Assembly (NCBI GenBank): GCA_051047955.1 | Contig: JBPGPT010000013.1 | Coordinates: forward strand, 248,001-312,000 | Length of the DNA: 64,000 nucleotides | Direction of reading: 5' to 3' | DNA from: Cystobasidiomycetes sp. EMM_F5 | Lineage: Eukaryota | Shown: piece by piece, positions 36,426 to 50,000 of the stretch | Layout of the letters: the number at the start of each line of letters is the position of its first letter | Numbering within the stretch: the stretch's first letter is position 1 | Notes under the pieces: generated by a model | Database searches by the model: none | Seen by the model: the letters and a program-made list of their open reading frames with translations, nothing else | Told to the model about the DNA's origin: nothing | Made by a program: the position numbers and the translations under genes

Positions 36426-37323
36426 ATGGCAAAGAGCAAGAAGGTGAGCGGCAGGATGGCTGTGGATACGGGCACCATGGTCTAAGGTATGCTCCGATTT
36501 AAACGACATTTAGACGAGAAAGTTTGCACAGGTGGGTCGTGGAAACGACTGGGAACGCAAAGGCAAAGGCAGGCAGGCAGGCTGACGTACGTTTGGTTTG
36601 ATTAAAGGTCAAGCGGATGCTCAATCCAAAGGACGGGCGACTGTGGGCGACTCGCAGACATTGTTCAAGATATTGCAGAACTGACGTTGAATATTGCAGA
36701 CAAGAAAACAAGGTCAAGGAAGCAAAGAAGCTCGACGACAAGAAGAAGGCCGAGGTGAAGCATGTGTGGGTCTACGCTGTATCGTGCATGAATAGACCAC
36801 AATCTAAGAGGCAATCTACCGCAGCGCGCCAGTCCCCACGTCCCTCTTTCTGGCTCACAACGAATCGCTCGCACCGCCCTATCGTGTACTCGTCGATACC
36901 AACTTTATCAACTTGTCTCTTGAGAATAGGATGGAGATGGTGACTGGCATGATGGACTCGCTCTACGCAAAATGTGAGTGGCGTTGACGAAATGAATCAA
37001 CTCCATTGCTAATTCTACCCCCAGGCATACCGTGCGTCTCAGACTGCGTCATGGCAGAGCTCGAAAAGCTCGGACCAAAGTACCGTCTTGCGCTGCGAGT
37101 CGCACGAGACGAGCGGTTCGAAAGACTACCCTGCACGCACAAGGGCACGTATGCAGACGACTGCATCGTGCAGCGAGTCACGGCACACCGGTGCTACATT
37201 GTCGCGACCAACGACAGAGCGTTACGGAGGAGGATACGCAAGATTCCCGGAGTACCGATAATGTACATTTCGAAACGGAGGTATGCCATTGAGCGGCTCC
37301 CCGACCAGGGTGCGCCCCTCTAG
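36426..37323 (+). CDS. FCF1: rRNA-processing PIN-domain nuclease Fcf1/Utp24
   Basis: [61 protein letters not shown]...[12 protein letters not shown]. Confidence 0.95.
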
Positions 37324-37660
37324 CCTTTTCCGATTCTATCCCCCCATCATGTATCGTCCGCTGGTCGTCTCTGTCGTTGTATAGCCTCTCGCTTGTCCGC
37401 AACCGAGCTGTTTTGAAAAATTACCATTAGATGCAATTGTGGACAAATTTCAGATTGCCTCGACTTGGGCCCAGCGAGGCTGCGGCTGTTGTCCTCGTCC
37501 AACTCGACACCTCTGCATTGCGCTCGCTGCTGCCTCTGGTCTGAGTGGTGCTGCCCGTCTGCTAACGAGCTTGGTCGCCGTCGTTATCGGCTAATCGCAG
37601 CTCAGACTTGGGCATCAGTATCGCATCTATTGGAGCTGCTCTCGGCATTACTCGCAGCTC

Positions 37661-40600
37661 ATGTCGTCGCCGTCTGGCCTGGTGCTCCTTGCTCGGAGTG
37701 GTCGTCTGGCCAGGCTGCAGCGGTTGCAAGTGCCCCGAGCAGGTCTTGTCAATAATCAGGGTGCAGCCAGATTGTCCAATACAAAACATGCAAACTGCAA
37801 CACCCTGCGCACCTTTACTACTCGCACACCCCTCTGCACATCTGCGCACATCACCCAGACGGCGAGAAAGCCATTCGGGGACGACGTCTCAAACGAGAGC
37901 ATCTTTGCCCCGCTAGACACATTTACGCGAAGGCATGTCGGAGTAGACGAGGGCCAGATCCAAGTCATGCTCGAAAAGCTAAACTACCCCTCCCTCGACG
38001 ACTTTGTAGACGACGTCGTCCCGGAGAATATCAGAATCGACAAGGCCGCAATCTCAAACGAAGCGGGGATGAAGCCAATGTCCGAGACCGAGATGCTCAT
38101 GAGGGCAACAGAGCTGTCCGAGGACAACGAGGTCTTCCGCAACTTTATCGGAATGGGTGGGACGATGATCTCGAACGTATCAATGCCAATTGGCCTGACA
38201 CATGCTCGTTTTTAGGCTATCACAATGCCGTCGTACCTCCTGTGATCCTGCGAAAGTGTGTCTATCAACAGATCGCTCTCGTTCATGCCCACTGACATTG
38301 ATGCCCCGCCCTTTCTCAGCGTTCTGGAGAACCCAGCATGGTACACCCAATACACTCCTTATCAGGTAAAGAAGAACGACCAATCAGATTGAGCATCCTG
38401 AACTAATACTCTCAACCCTCCGCAGCCCGAAATATCTCAAGGCCGTTTAGAGTCTCTGCTCAACTTTCAGACCATGTGCACTTCGCTTACTGGTCTCGAC
38501 ATTTCCAACGCCTCGCTGCTCGACGAGGCGACTGCTGCCGCCGAAGCGATGATTATGGCATACAACAACGCCAAAGGCAAAAAGTCGACTTACCTCGTCG
38601 ATCGCGGTGTTCTCCCCCAGACGATGGCCGTCCTCCGTGCTCGTGGTGAACCCTTTGGTATCAAGATTGAAGTCGCACCTGCGCGCCGCACCCTAGGCTT
38701 GAGGGAAGGCTTTGAAGGAAACGACGAGATTCAAAATGACCTCTTCGGTGCAATGGTTCAGTACCCCAATACCCGTGGCGAAATCATCGACTGGAGCGGA
38801 GTGGCTGAAAAGGTGCACAAGCTCGGTGGTCTCCTCACAGTCGGGACCGATCTGCTTGCTCTCACAATGTTGAAACCCCCTGGTGAATTTGGTGCAGACA
38901 TTGCTGTGGGTAATTCAGCGCGCTTCGGGGTACCTTTGGGCTCTGGCGGTCCGCATGCTGCCTTCTTCAGCTGCACCGACACACTCAAGCGCAAGTTACC
39001 CGGTCGACTCGTCGGAGTGTCCAAAGATGCTCAAGGTAATGTCGCCTACCGCTTGGCTCTGCAGACCAGGGAGCAACACATCCGCCGTGACAAGGCGACC
39101 AGCAATATCTGTACCGCTCAGGCCCTGCTCGCCAACATGGCAGCAATGTATGCCATCTATCACGGACCTGACGGTCTTCGCGAGATTGCACACAAAGTGC
39201 ATGCCATGACCGCGGTCGTCGCTGCCGCCCTGGAACGTCAAGGTCACGAAATTGTAAACAAGGATTTCTTTGATACCCTTACTGTGGGTCTCGATGGCGC
39301 AGCTGGCGAGGTTCTGCACCAGGAGGCTGTTCGTCAGCGTATAAACCTGAGACGCATATACGGCGATTACGTTGGCATCACCTTTGACGAGAGTACCACA
39401 TTCGAGGATGTCGTAGATCTCCTCAATATTTTCCTGGCAGTAGGCAAACAAGGTTCAACGCGTAAAGTAGGTCGCGGTAGGCGAGGACCATATACGCACG
39501 AGTCGGTTATGGCTCTGGCGAAAGAGTTAGGCTACGATGCAAAGGTATTGGGCGAGGAGAAACTTCCCTCCAAGGCAATCCCGGAGAGAATGAGACGGAC
39601 TTCGCCTTTCCTGACCCAATCCGTCTTCAATACTCACAAAAGCGAGACAGACATGTTGCGCTACAGTGAGCATTTGCTACAGCCACCTCATGATGTACTA
39701 CGGTGACGCTGATAATTACCGCAGTCAATTATTTGCAATCGAAGGACCTCTCACTGGTACACGCAATCATCCCCCTTGGTTCGTGTACTATGAAGGTGTG
39801 CTCTCCACCGTGTGCGGTCCACTCTTCAATAGGCTGAACTCTGTGTGCCGCAGCTCAACTCTACAACCTCCATGATGCCGTTGTCCCTTCCTGGCTTTAG
39901 CAACATTCATCCTTTCGCACCCCGCGCACAAGTCTCCGGGTACTCCACTATCATCAAAGAACTCTCTGCTGATCTGTGCAGGGTTACTGGATTCCCTGCA
40001 ATCTCGCTGCAGCCCAATTCAGGTGCACAAGGCGAGTATGCTGGTCTATCCGTCATTCAAGCGTACCATCGATCACGAGGTCAAGGCCACCGCAATATCT
40101 GCCTCATTCCCAATAGTGCTCACGGCACCAACCCTGCTTCCGCGATAATGGCGGGAATGAAGGTCGTAGCTATCAAGAATAAGGCTGATGGCACACTCGA
40201 CATTGAGGACTTGCGCGAGAAGGCGGTCAAACACAAAGACAATCTCGGTGCGTTGATGATCACGTATCCCTCAACGTACGGAGTATTCGAAGAAGGAGTA
40301 AGCCAGAACATTCGCTCTGATAGCGGGACTGCGTCTAAACGTAATTTCCGCAATAGATCCAGGAAGCCTGTCAAATTATTCATGACAATGGCGGACAAGT
40401 ATATCTCGATGGTGCAAACATGGTGCGCTTCGTTAGTCTATATTATGCTGTGAAAAGCTGACAGCCGTGACAGAATGCGATGATTGGTCTCACTTCGCCC
40501 GCCAAGTGCGGTGCAGATGTGTGTCACATGAACTTGCACAAGACTTTCTCCATCCCCCATGGTGGAGGCGGGCCTGGTGTTGGGTAAGACTCATTTCATG

Positions 40601-41539
40601 ATAATGACCTTTTTCGGTATCATCGTCAGGCTGACTCGGAAATTAGTCCCATCGGTGTAGCAGCGCATCTCAAACCGTTCCTCCCTGGTCACCCGATTGT
40701 CAAGACTGGCGGAGACCAAGCGATCAAGCCGGTCACAGCCGCTCCATTCGGTTCAGCTTCAATTCTTACGATCTCGTGGGCTTACATCAAGATGCTAGGC
40801 GGCGACGGCTTATCTCACGTCTCGAAGATTGCGCTACTCAACGCCAACTATATGGCTGAGAGATTGAAGGACCACTACCGCCTACGATACAAGAACGATA
40901 AGGGCCGATGCGCCCACGAGTTCTTGATCGATCTGGCAGAATACGAGCAAACGGCTGGGTAAGCGGCGGCTTATGCATGCTCAGCGTCGGCGATGGACTG
41001 ACCACATGGAAACAGCTTGAAAGTAGCTGACTTTGCCAAGCGTCTGCAAGATTTTGGTATACATCCTCCAACGTGCTCATGGCCTATCAGTACTGCTATG
41101 CTGGTATGTGCAGCGGTTGTTGATGATGTCGATCAAAACTGATTGCTATAATCATTGCAGATCGAGCCGACAGAATCTGAAGGTCTAGCCGAGATAGATC
41201 GCTTCTGCGATGCCATGATTACTATCAAGCAGGAAGCTGACGATATTGTTTCTGGCAAACAACCCCGTGAGAACAACATTTTTAAGAATGCTCCTCATCC
41301 CGTTTCTGTCCTGGCCATGGATGAGTGGGATCGTCCATACACCCGCCAGCAGGCAGTATACCCAGATAAGCGTTTGAGGCGCAACAAGTTCTGGCCAGCT
41401 TCCGGTCGTGTTGACGAAGTATACGGCGAACGTAACGTGGGTGATATTGGTTGCACTCTGTAGATGGGCCAAGCTGACAACCTACTTTTTCCAGCTCGTA
41501 TGCGAATGTGGCTCGGTTGACGAGTATACCGATTTATGA
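37661..41539 (+). CDS. GCV2: Glycine dehydrogenase (decarboxylating), glycine cleavage P protein, mitochondrial
   Basis: Presequence; [85 protein letters not shown] site [37 protein letters not shown]. Confidence 0.97.
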
Positions 41540-41547
41540 AGAATACT

Positions 41548-42750
41548 TTACGACAGTGACCCCCAAAAAGTATTTTCACTCCGATCTCCTGGCCATTTCT
41601 TTGCTTGCACCCGTTTCCTCATCGGCTGCGGTATGATAGTGCCCTCGCCTTCCGCATGAATCGCAGTATTAGTGTTTTCGTCATTTGCACGACCCATGTT
41701 GTCACTCTCATCAGTTTCCTTCGGTCGTTCTCTCGCTGTTAGATACCAAATATCGTGTATCCTCTGCTCAACCAGATAATGCTGTAACTTCATGTAATTC
41801 AAACCAACTGCATGCGGGCCATGTGAATCGTCAGAGAGCGTCAGGCGTCCTCCAAGCTCGTTGATCAGCTGAGATGCAAGCTTAGCCGGTGGATATCATG
41901 CAAGAAGCGTGTATCGTATCAGCTTACTCCTAGTATGTCGGGCCCAGGATAAGCGCACTTCCATTGTTTTCGAAACGCCGCTGCGTTCACTTCAAATAGT
42001 GCGCCGTAGCCGATGCCAAATCGGACGTTGCGTTCTACCCGTTCCCATACTGCCTTGTGCGTGAAGGGCGCTTGAGGCATATACAAGCGGCACAGATCGA
42101 AATGGCCAATGACTTCGGGTCGAAAACGCTGCAACAGCTCGTACTGCGCATCGAAATAGGCGCAAAAGGAGGCGTCTAATTGCTTCAGGCTGTCTTGATC
42201 GGGGAATAGAGACAGCGCTTTGTCGAACGTTTCGTTGTCAAAATCGATAGGGGTGCCCCGAACATGGTGCACGCTTCCGACAATGTAATCGATTGTGTTT
42301 TTGTGCTTTGACAGAAGGATATCTAGCTTGTCGAGATCCATGGCGGAGATATACTCTGTTTCCAGACCGATGAGCAATTCAATGTCGCTGCTGTATTTGC
42401 TCTTCAAGCGTCTAGCTTCGACCAGATAACTCTCAAACGCGTTGCTGAGATCTACTATTGACATATCTTGCTAGGTCGTTTCGTCAGAGCCTGACAACTT
42501 GCGTGCCAAAAGGTGATCTGCTCACCTCTTCCGGGTACAGGTCTTCTATCCGATACCGCGGCACATGTTCGCTGAGTCCGTACACTTTGAAGCCCTGATG
42601 TATCGCGGCCTTTACTACGTCTTCGAGGGAACCCTGCGCATGACGACAGAATTGGCCTGGATATGTCAAATGTCAACAAAGTCAGCGGATATTAGCTGGC
42701 GTCCTAGTTAGCATTTCAAGCACACCAGAGTGAGAGTGCAGACTAATCAT
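41548..42750 (-). CDS. HIS2: Histidinol-phosphatase (PHP family)
   Basis: MISLHSHS-GQFCRHAQGSLEDVV, YGLSEHVPR, LLIGLETEYI, DYIVGSVHHV, VIGHFDLCRL, LFEVNAAAFRK, LTLSDDSHG. Confidence 0.93.
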
Positions 42751-42886
42751 TGTTGGCTTATAAATTGGAGCAAAGTCAAGAGTCACACCTGCAGCTTTTA
42801 GTCAAACCAACCCATTCTGCATGCTCAAGACGGCGAAACTCTGCCAGAAAGCTGCAAGAACGCGTAGACCTGCTCGTATTATCAAC

Positions 42887-44279
42887 ATGGGTAAAGGCAA
42901 CAAGCCAAAGACGCCCGAAAGCGCCCACTTGATGCCAAAACATCAAGCGTTGCAAGATTCGGCTGCAGCAAGTTTGCCACAGATAATATACATCCCAAAC
43001 CTACTGATGCTGATGCTGGATATCCCTCATAGCCCATCGTCGATACTCACTGCCATATGCTGTCCACTTACTCCTTCTTCAAATCCAAGTACCCCGAGAG
43101 CAGTTCCGACAGCGTCCAGTCGTTTGTGCGCTCATACATGGCAAACGAGACGAGCAACAAGGTCGAAGGTCTGGTGGACGTGTACTGCGAGCCGCCGTTC
43201 ACCGGATGGAAAGAGTGAGTGCGCTCCTTGTACTGCCCGCTGATCACTACTGACAGGTTGGTACAGCCTGGCCGATTCAGCGTTGAACGACAGGACAAGC
43301 TGGAATGGCGTAAAGTACAACTTCGTCATGGGCGTACATCCGCATAATGCGAAAGAGTATACTGACGAGGTCGAGGCTATAATCCTCGAAGCTATGGAGC
43401 ATGTCGGTTTTTCTGTCATGCGACAGAATATGCATTTACTGATAGCAGCCATGCCACCCAGCCTCTTTGCGTTGGGCTAGGAGAAGTAAGTACGTAAACC
43501 TGCTGCCTTTTCCGTACTTGCTGAACAAAGTAAGCTGTAGATCGGATTAGACTATCATTATAACAATTCCGCTCATGATGTCCAAGGTGTGTACACCTCA
43601 ACAATGCTAGGAACCATCAAGTCTGACGTTGCGCCATGTCACACTTATGCAGAGCGAGTCTTAATACGGCAATTGAGCCACGCTGTCCGCTTGGGGAAGC
43701 CATTAACCATTCATACACGCGAAGGTAAACCATATCGCGCGCAGCGAGTGTATGCACAAGCTGAAGCAACCCTGACTAGCCGACGACGATATTTGGCGGA
43801 TATTGAGCGAGAACGTGCCTAAAGAGCACCGAATGCATATACATTGCTTCACGGACTCGCCTGAATTGGCGAATAAGCTTCTTTCCCATTTCCCAAACTG
43901 CTTTATCGGAGTAACAGGTATGGATTGTATACCCTGGCGAATGTTCACACTCTGACGGATGGAAACGACGACAGGCGTGGCGACATATGCAAGTAACCTG
44001 AATACAGCGGCGGTCATCAAGAACCTTGCGAGCGCCTCTACTGAGCGAAGCTCGTCGGTGCTGCGATTGTTACTGGAGACAGACTCGCCTTACATGACAC
44101 CCAGCAACCTTCCGGTAAAAGACCTCGGACTGAAGAATGCACGCAGTCTTGCTACGTGTCATTCGGCAATGATTCCGTGGACGGCGCAGTTTGTGGCAGA
44201 GACGGCTGGGAACGGATGGACGACGGAGGAAGTGCTGAGAGCGTGTAGGGAGAATGCGACAAAGATGTACGGCGTGTAG
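42887..44279 (+). CDS. TatD-family DNase
   Basis: PIVDTHCH, GVHPHNAK, GE-IGLDYHY, PLTIHTRE, HIHCFT, LLLETDSPY, ENATKMYG. Alternative upstream ATG at 42821; first intron uses a GC donor (42968-43032). Confidence 0.9.
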
Positions 44280-44345
44280 GGGTTAGCTCTGTTACGTCAT
44301 GCCATCTCCAAAACTTGCCTGCTCGCGTCTTCTCCGCTCGCAATC

Positions 44346-45532
44346 ATGGACTTGGACGACGGCTGGAATGGCATTGCCAGCGCTTCCGTATTTGCGCCCA
44401 ACTCGAGCACCAGCAGATGGGCAGTATCCAGCAATGTCGGCAGCAGCAGCCATAATGGAGCACCTAATCCGCGTACGTCGGGCTGGCATGACCAGACACA
44501 CGATATCGCTGATGGAGCTGCAGCCAGACACAAGACAGTAGCCTGCAAGTACTGGCTCATGGGCGGGTGTCGTCGGTCAGCGCAAGAGTGCAACTTTGTC
44601 CATCCTGTCGAGACGTTTGAAGAGACCTCTGGTAAAGTAGGCTGGACGGGCTGGCCGAGAGCTGTATATCGCTCACGGCGGACGATATCCAGAACACAAC
44701 TACTGGGACAAGGTCGCAGAGATATTCGGAACGGCCAAGCGGAAAGATGCCAACTCGTGGTCACAGAAACCCGAGCTGCGTCAAAAGGTACGGTGTGTCG
44801 CCCCCGAGGACGACGAGAAGCTGACATACTTCATACTTTGAATGTATATGACAGTGTGACGCCTACAACGAGAAGAGTGTGGTGACGCGGCTCAAAGTCG
44901 ACTTCATGATAGTGGCTCTCCTGAAGGAACAGCGGGCGGAAGCCAAGCTCTTCTCTCCACAAGAATACAAGAAGATGCAAGAGCATCTCGCTCGGCTACT
45001 CTTCAAGCAAGATTACTACCGCGCCCAGTGCGAGGTCTTACGAAGGCTCGCGAGCGAAGAAGCCTTTAGAGGTGAAGTTGTCGCTAATAATCGCAGCCAC
45101 TTTGGCTGACATGAAGTAACAACAGCAAATAACAAACGGAGACCGCCATATCAGCTCGATCTACATTCCTTGAATGTCGCTGAAGCCGTAGCCAAATTTG
45201 GGGAATTTCTTGAAGTAGGTGGCTCATCAAATGTCACGAGTCCATGACAGCTGAAGAGATTTTGAAGGGGTCGTCAGATACGGGGCTAGCAAGGCTCATG
45301 ATTATTACCGGGAAGCCTCGAACATCCGAAGGCATATGCCATATCGGTTTGGCCGTCCGAGCGTACTGCATGCGGTAGGTGCCAATGACGTCTGCTTTAC
45401 TGTAAATACTCAAGGCATCGCTACAGGGTCGACGTAAAGTGCGAGCAAGACTCGACCAACACAGGAGTCTTACTCGTCTATCCTGGTCAGAAGGCGGATC
45501 CGGAGCTTGCCCAAGCCACTACCGGCATTTGA
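44346..45532 (+). CDS. CCCH zinc finger plus DUF1771-like/Smr domain protein (divergent)
   Basis: CCCH KTVACKYWLMGGCRRSAQECNFVHP; helical ASEEAFR-ANN; Smr-like QLDLHSLNVAEAVAKFGEFLE...LMIITGKP...IGLAVRAYC...NTGVLLVY. Exons assembled manually. Confidence 0.65.
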
Positions 45533-45771
45533 GCGGAGATGCATACCTAGGCAGCGGAGATGCTAATCGTATGGATGGAGAGTCAGAGGTAAATGTCGTT
45601 GTACCATATATGCGGCAATTCTTCTTAGTATCAACCCGTTATATATCGCACTTACACTTGTCTGATTCCGCCAACTGCGCGACCGACTGCTGCATCAACT
45701 TCTGCATTCTGTCTGACTTCTCCAAGCTGAGCGAGTCAGCTCCACTGCTTGACCCAGCCGTGCTGGGCAGG

Positions 45772-46949
45772 ATGAATGGCTACGGCACCGGCAGCAGCAG
45801 AGCCAAAGGCAAGCAGCGGGCGAGGGAGGACGACAACGACGGCGACGAAAGAGATATCGGTGACCGCGATGGCTCGATAGGCGGAATGGACGTGAGCATA
45901 CGCTTCACCGACGGCACTACCGAGGATCTCGACATGTTTGTCAACGAAAGCGAATCAGTTCGAGAAATGAAACGCAGAGTAAGCGGGCATTCTAGCGGAA
46001 AAGGCAGTCATATCTGACCCTGCGATGTCACAGATACGCCTACTGCGACCTCCGCTGGCGACAAACAGGTTGCGCCTAATCTACCTGGGACGTATCATCA
46101 CCGATGGAACCAGACTGGTCCCCTGGCTGGTCGCGCTGTTTCAAAAGCAGCAGGAGCAGCAGGTCGACGAGAGCCGTGGCAGCGTTCTGGAGTCCATCGA
46201 AGGCGCAGTCAAGCATGCCCTTGGTGACGATAGCACGTCACACTACATCAGTGGCAAAGGCAAGCCATCACTACATTCCAGGCAGAGCAGTCTCGATGCA
46301 AAGCGTGGAAAAGATAAAGGCAAAGCTAGAGAAGTTGACGAGCGAAAGGAAAACCATCCCGCCGCAGGCAGAAAGATATGGCTGCATTGTTCCGTCGGAG
46401 AGCCTGGAAGTTACGACAAGGATGCTGAGACGGCACCTGAGGTTCGTCAGCCGTCTGTGATGGCAAACCAGCAGCCAGTCGCCGGCTTTGACCGGTTGCG
46501 GGAAGCTGGTTTCTCGGAAGATGAAATTGCAAATATGCGCGCCCAGTTTCATGCAGATGGTCCTGGAGATACAGTTGTTGCAGGCGGTAAGACCTGCTGC
46601 AACAATCCCTATATTTGAACGCAAGCTAAGGCAAATCCCTTTAGACGACGACGAGCACGCGCGGGCACTCGAAGAGCAATGGATGGAAGGGCTCGGTGCC
46701 GGTGGTAACGAGCTTAATCGTGGGTGTAATCGTCAACGAGCAGAATCCTGTGCTAATTTCAAATACGCAGCATCAAGCGGCATGTATGTCACATTGTTCA
46801 AAGGCGTCATAGCAGGTTTCTTTCTGCCGTTTCTACCACTCTTCTTCTTCCGGGCAGAATCAGCAGTATTCACCAAGCAGATGCAAATGGCAATCATAGC
46901 TGGCTGCGCTGTTAATGTATTATACGGAGCATTGCGGGCTTTTGCGTGA
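45772..46949 (+). CDS. DSC3: Dsc3 (DSC E3 ligase complex subunit; ubiquitin-like domain plus membrane C-terminus)
   Basis: VSIRFTDG..DL...VREMKRR-IRLLRP...RLRLIYLGRII; IWLHCSVG; GFDRLREAGFSEDEIANMRAQFH; LEEQWM; GVIAGFFLP...MQMAIIAG. Confidence 0.87.
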
Positions 46950-47049
46950 ATCAGTGTTGTCAAGGTCTTTTATATTGTGAAAGGATATTATCATTGTGAT
47001 ACCTAGGAAGAGCTGGAGTTTGTTCTCGCTGAAAACAACGCTGATGACT

Positions 47050-50000
47050 TTAAACCTGGTTCTTCTGGTCTAAGCGGCGGTACAGTGCTTCGCCAAACTG
47101 GTGGTGTAGATCCTTCAGCTCGGCTGCGCTAACAGTGTCCAATGCTGCATCCAGCTCGTGTGAGCCCACGTTGCCGACGACTGTTCTCAAAGCCTTCTTT
47201 AAGTCGCGAGGGATCTTCCTTTGGCTCATCTGTGCTTGTCTCGTCTCGGTAGAGCGCCGCCATGCACTGACTAAAGGCGATGAGGGCGGATGATGGTCTA
47301 CATTATCGTGGCTGCGAATCCGCTTTCGCTTCAAAGTCAAAGAATCGGCATGATCAAAGATTGCTGTGCGTTTTGCTGGTGATGATGACGACGACATTCG
47401 CAGATCATCATCTGAGCTGTCTCCATTGTCCTGAGATTGGCCCATGAGGATAGGTACGCTTGCTGCGGCGCGCAGTGGAGGTCTCGTTGATCTCGGTTGC
47501 AGCGCTTCTGACCTTGTCCTCTCAAAAGTTCGCGACGATTGCTTCAATGGTGCAGTAATACGAGCGCTCTCTTTGCCCGAGTCTGTCTGCGTCTTGCGCT
47601 TTGCAACGATGTTGCCATCACTATCAAGGCTATCCGCCAAACTTTGGGAGCAATCGCCTCCATTTAGCCACGGTCGATGAACATCAGCACGGTAAGGAAT
47701 GACGACCGAGACGTGCGGGCACAGTTTCCGCTTGCGCGGCAGAGTGTGCATGGTGGTAGACAGAATTGTCTTGGTTTGTGTCTCCACCGGCTCCGATGGG
47801 GAGGCCACACTTGCATGGAAGCTCTCGGAGAGATGCGTAATCTGGGAATCTAAAGAGTCGACATCCGCTGCAGTCTGCGATGCAGGCAGTGTTACCGCCA
47901 CGGGCGAGTCTGGCTCCGGCACATCTGATCTGACCGCAACCTGTGCTGTTGTCAAGACTGGGTCGGGATTCGTCACGCTGAAATATTGAGTTTCCGGCAA
48001 TTCCATGATGCTATCTTGCGAGTCGGCCGCATCCAAATGTGATGGCTGCAGTAAGCTGGCATTATCCAGCCGGGCTTCGGGAACAGATTGAGGGGTTTCT
48101 TGTACCGTCTCTGCGGCCTCGATGGCTAGATTGTACGATTCGTTGCTAATGTCCAGAATTTGGGATAGTGGCGGTTGCGACGGAAACGTGATGGAATGCC
48201 TCGTCCACAAATGACCTTCGTCGGTAAGCCCTGCGAGTGGTGCTGCTCTCTGCTCAGGTGCCGTCGCAGGCGTTTCCAGAGTGTGGTCGGTAACGCCTGG
48301 AACCACTTGAATTTGTTCCGCATTTGCCGCAAGGGACATGCAGGGATTCACCATGTTGTTGTCCGCTTGACAATCAGGTCTGCCTTCTTCGCGAACTGCA
48401 GGTGTTTCTTCCGCTGTTAGCACGAACTTGGCAGCGTTCCCCTCTTTGTTGGCAGATTCCAGGTTTGCAGATTCCAGGTTTGCAGATTCCAGGTTTGCAG
48501 ATTCCAGGTCCATTGCAGCGATATGCCCTATCGCCTCTGCTTGCTCTGATTCTTGCAGTGAAATCGAAGCCTGCTGAAGCATACAAAATCAGTGACTGCA
48601 GTTTGTCAAAGACACCTATCTTACCTTTGGCCATCCCGGTAGCGAGATGTCATAGCTCTTCAGCAAGAGGCGGTCGAAGATGGCGGTGAGTGAATAAGAA
48701 TACGCAAGGTCTTCTGCACACGTGCCATACGTCGCATTCCAACATCTGACAAAAGCCTCGTCATTCGACTCAGAATCGACTGATTCTACGCCCGAAACCA
48801 GAAGAAGCTCGAAGTCTGACAATGGGATAGACATCTTCTCGGTGTGAAATACTCGCTCAAAGGCACCGAGGGCGACACGGTAGAGTCCATCAATGCGGGC
48901 CCGAATACCAGCTATGGTGGCCTCGGATAACGTTGCGAATATCGCCTGGTGACCGTATGCGCGTCCTACAGCCTCCAGTATAGTCGACAATTTGCTGCTC
49001 ATTTGCGCTGGAGCAACAGTGCTTTCAACGAGGGCCGACCTCAATGCAGCAGCAAGGGCAGTGTTAAATCCGTCTACACTGCCAAGTGAGTGGAGGTGAG
49101 GAAACAGGTGCCAAAGAATGTCGCAGTCTAGCATAGGTCCACTGTTGGCATCTGCACCTACGGTAGCGAGCCGCTGTTCCCGAAGGTCCTGAAGGACAAG
49201 CCAGGCTTCATTCGGATCGGCCCAAGTTCTGAGCAGGATATGAGTGAAGCGCTCCTGACAGTGCTTAGTTCCGAGGTCAGGCGCCTGCGATAGGACAACC
49301 ATCGCCAAGTGCGTGCGGTCTTCGTCATTTTGAGCATCGTCCGTTGCGATCGGCACAGCTTGCGTGCTCCATTGCATCCAACATGATGTCGGCAGTTTGC
49401 CGGGCAGTGTCTGTAGCCATTCGCCAACGCGAATTGCTTGTAGAGGCGGGATATCCGTAGTAGACTTGTCGTATGCATGCGCAAAGAGTGAAAAGAAGGC
49501 ACTCTGGACTAGCCCCGATGCAGACTCCGCAGGACGGCGCGACTCCAGCACATCGGCAAGTAAGGCTATCAAAACGATTCAGTATGATGGCTCGTACGTC
49601 ATGTAACGGTACACACCATGTGATGTGAAGCCAAAGGTTTCTCTGACGGTCTCGGAGAAGTGTTGTACCATTGCATATTCGGCCGCCTCTTGCGGCAGAT
49701 CAGCCAATAAAGATTCCGGAAGTCTCAACTCCGCAGTCAGGGCCAGAAGGTGCTTCATCAGCTCATCAACCACTTCAAGAGCGGCTTCTGACGGCCGTTC
49801 TTGCGGCAATGCCGAGCGGATAGTCGTCATCAGCGTGCGCAAAAGGGACGATAACCTGGCTGGGAATATTCTGAACCCATCTTCAGATCTCGTCCACTCT
49901 ATAGCGTCGATGTGCTCCAGTGAGAAATTGGTAACTCCGGAGCAAGCTTTCCGGAACATAGTAAGGATGCGATCTCGACATGCCAAAACCCACTGTGCAT

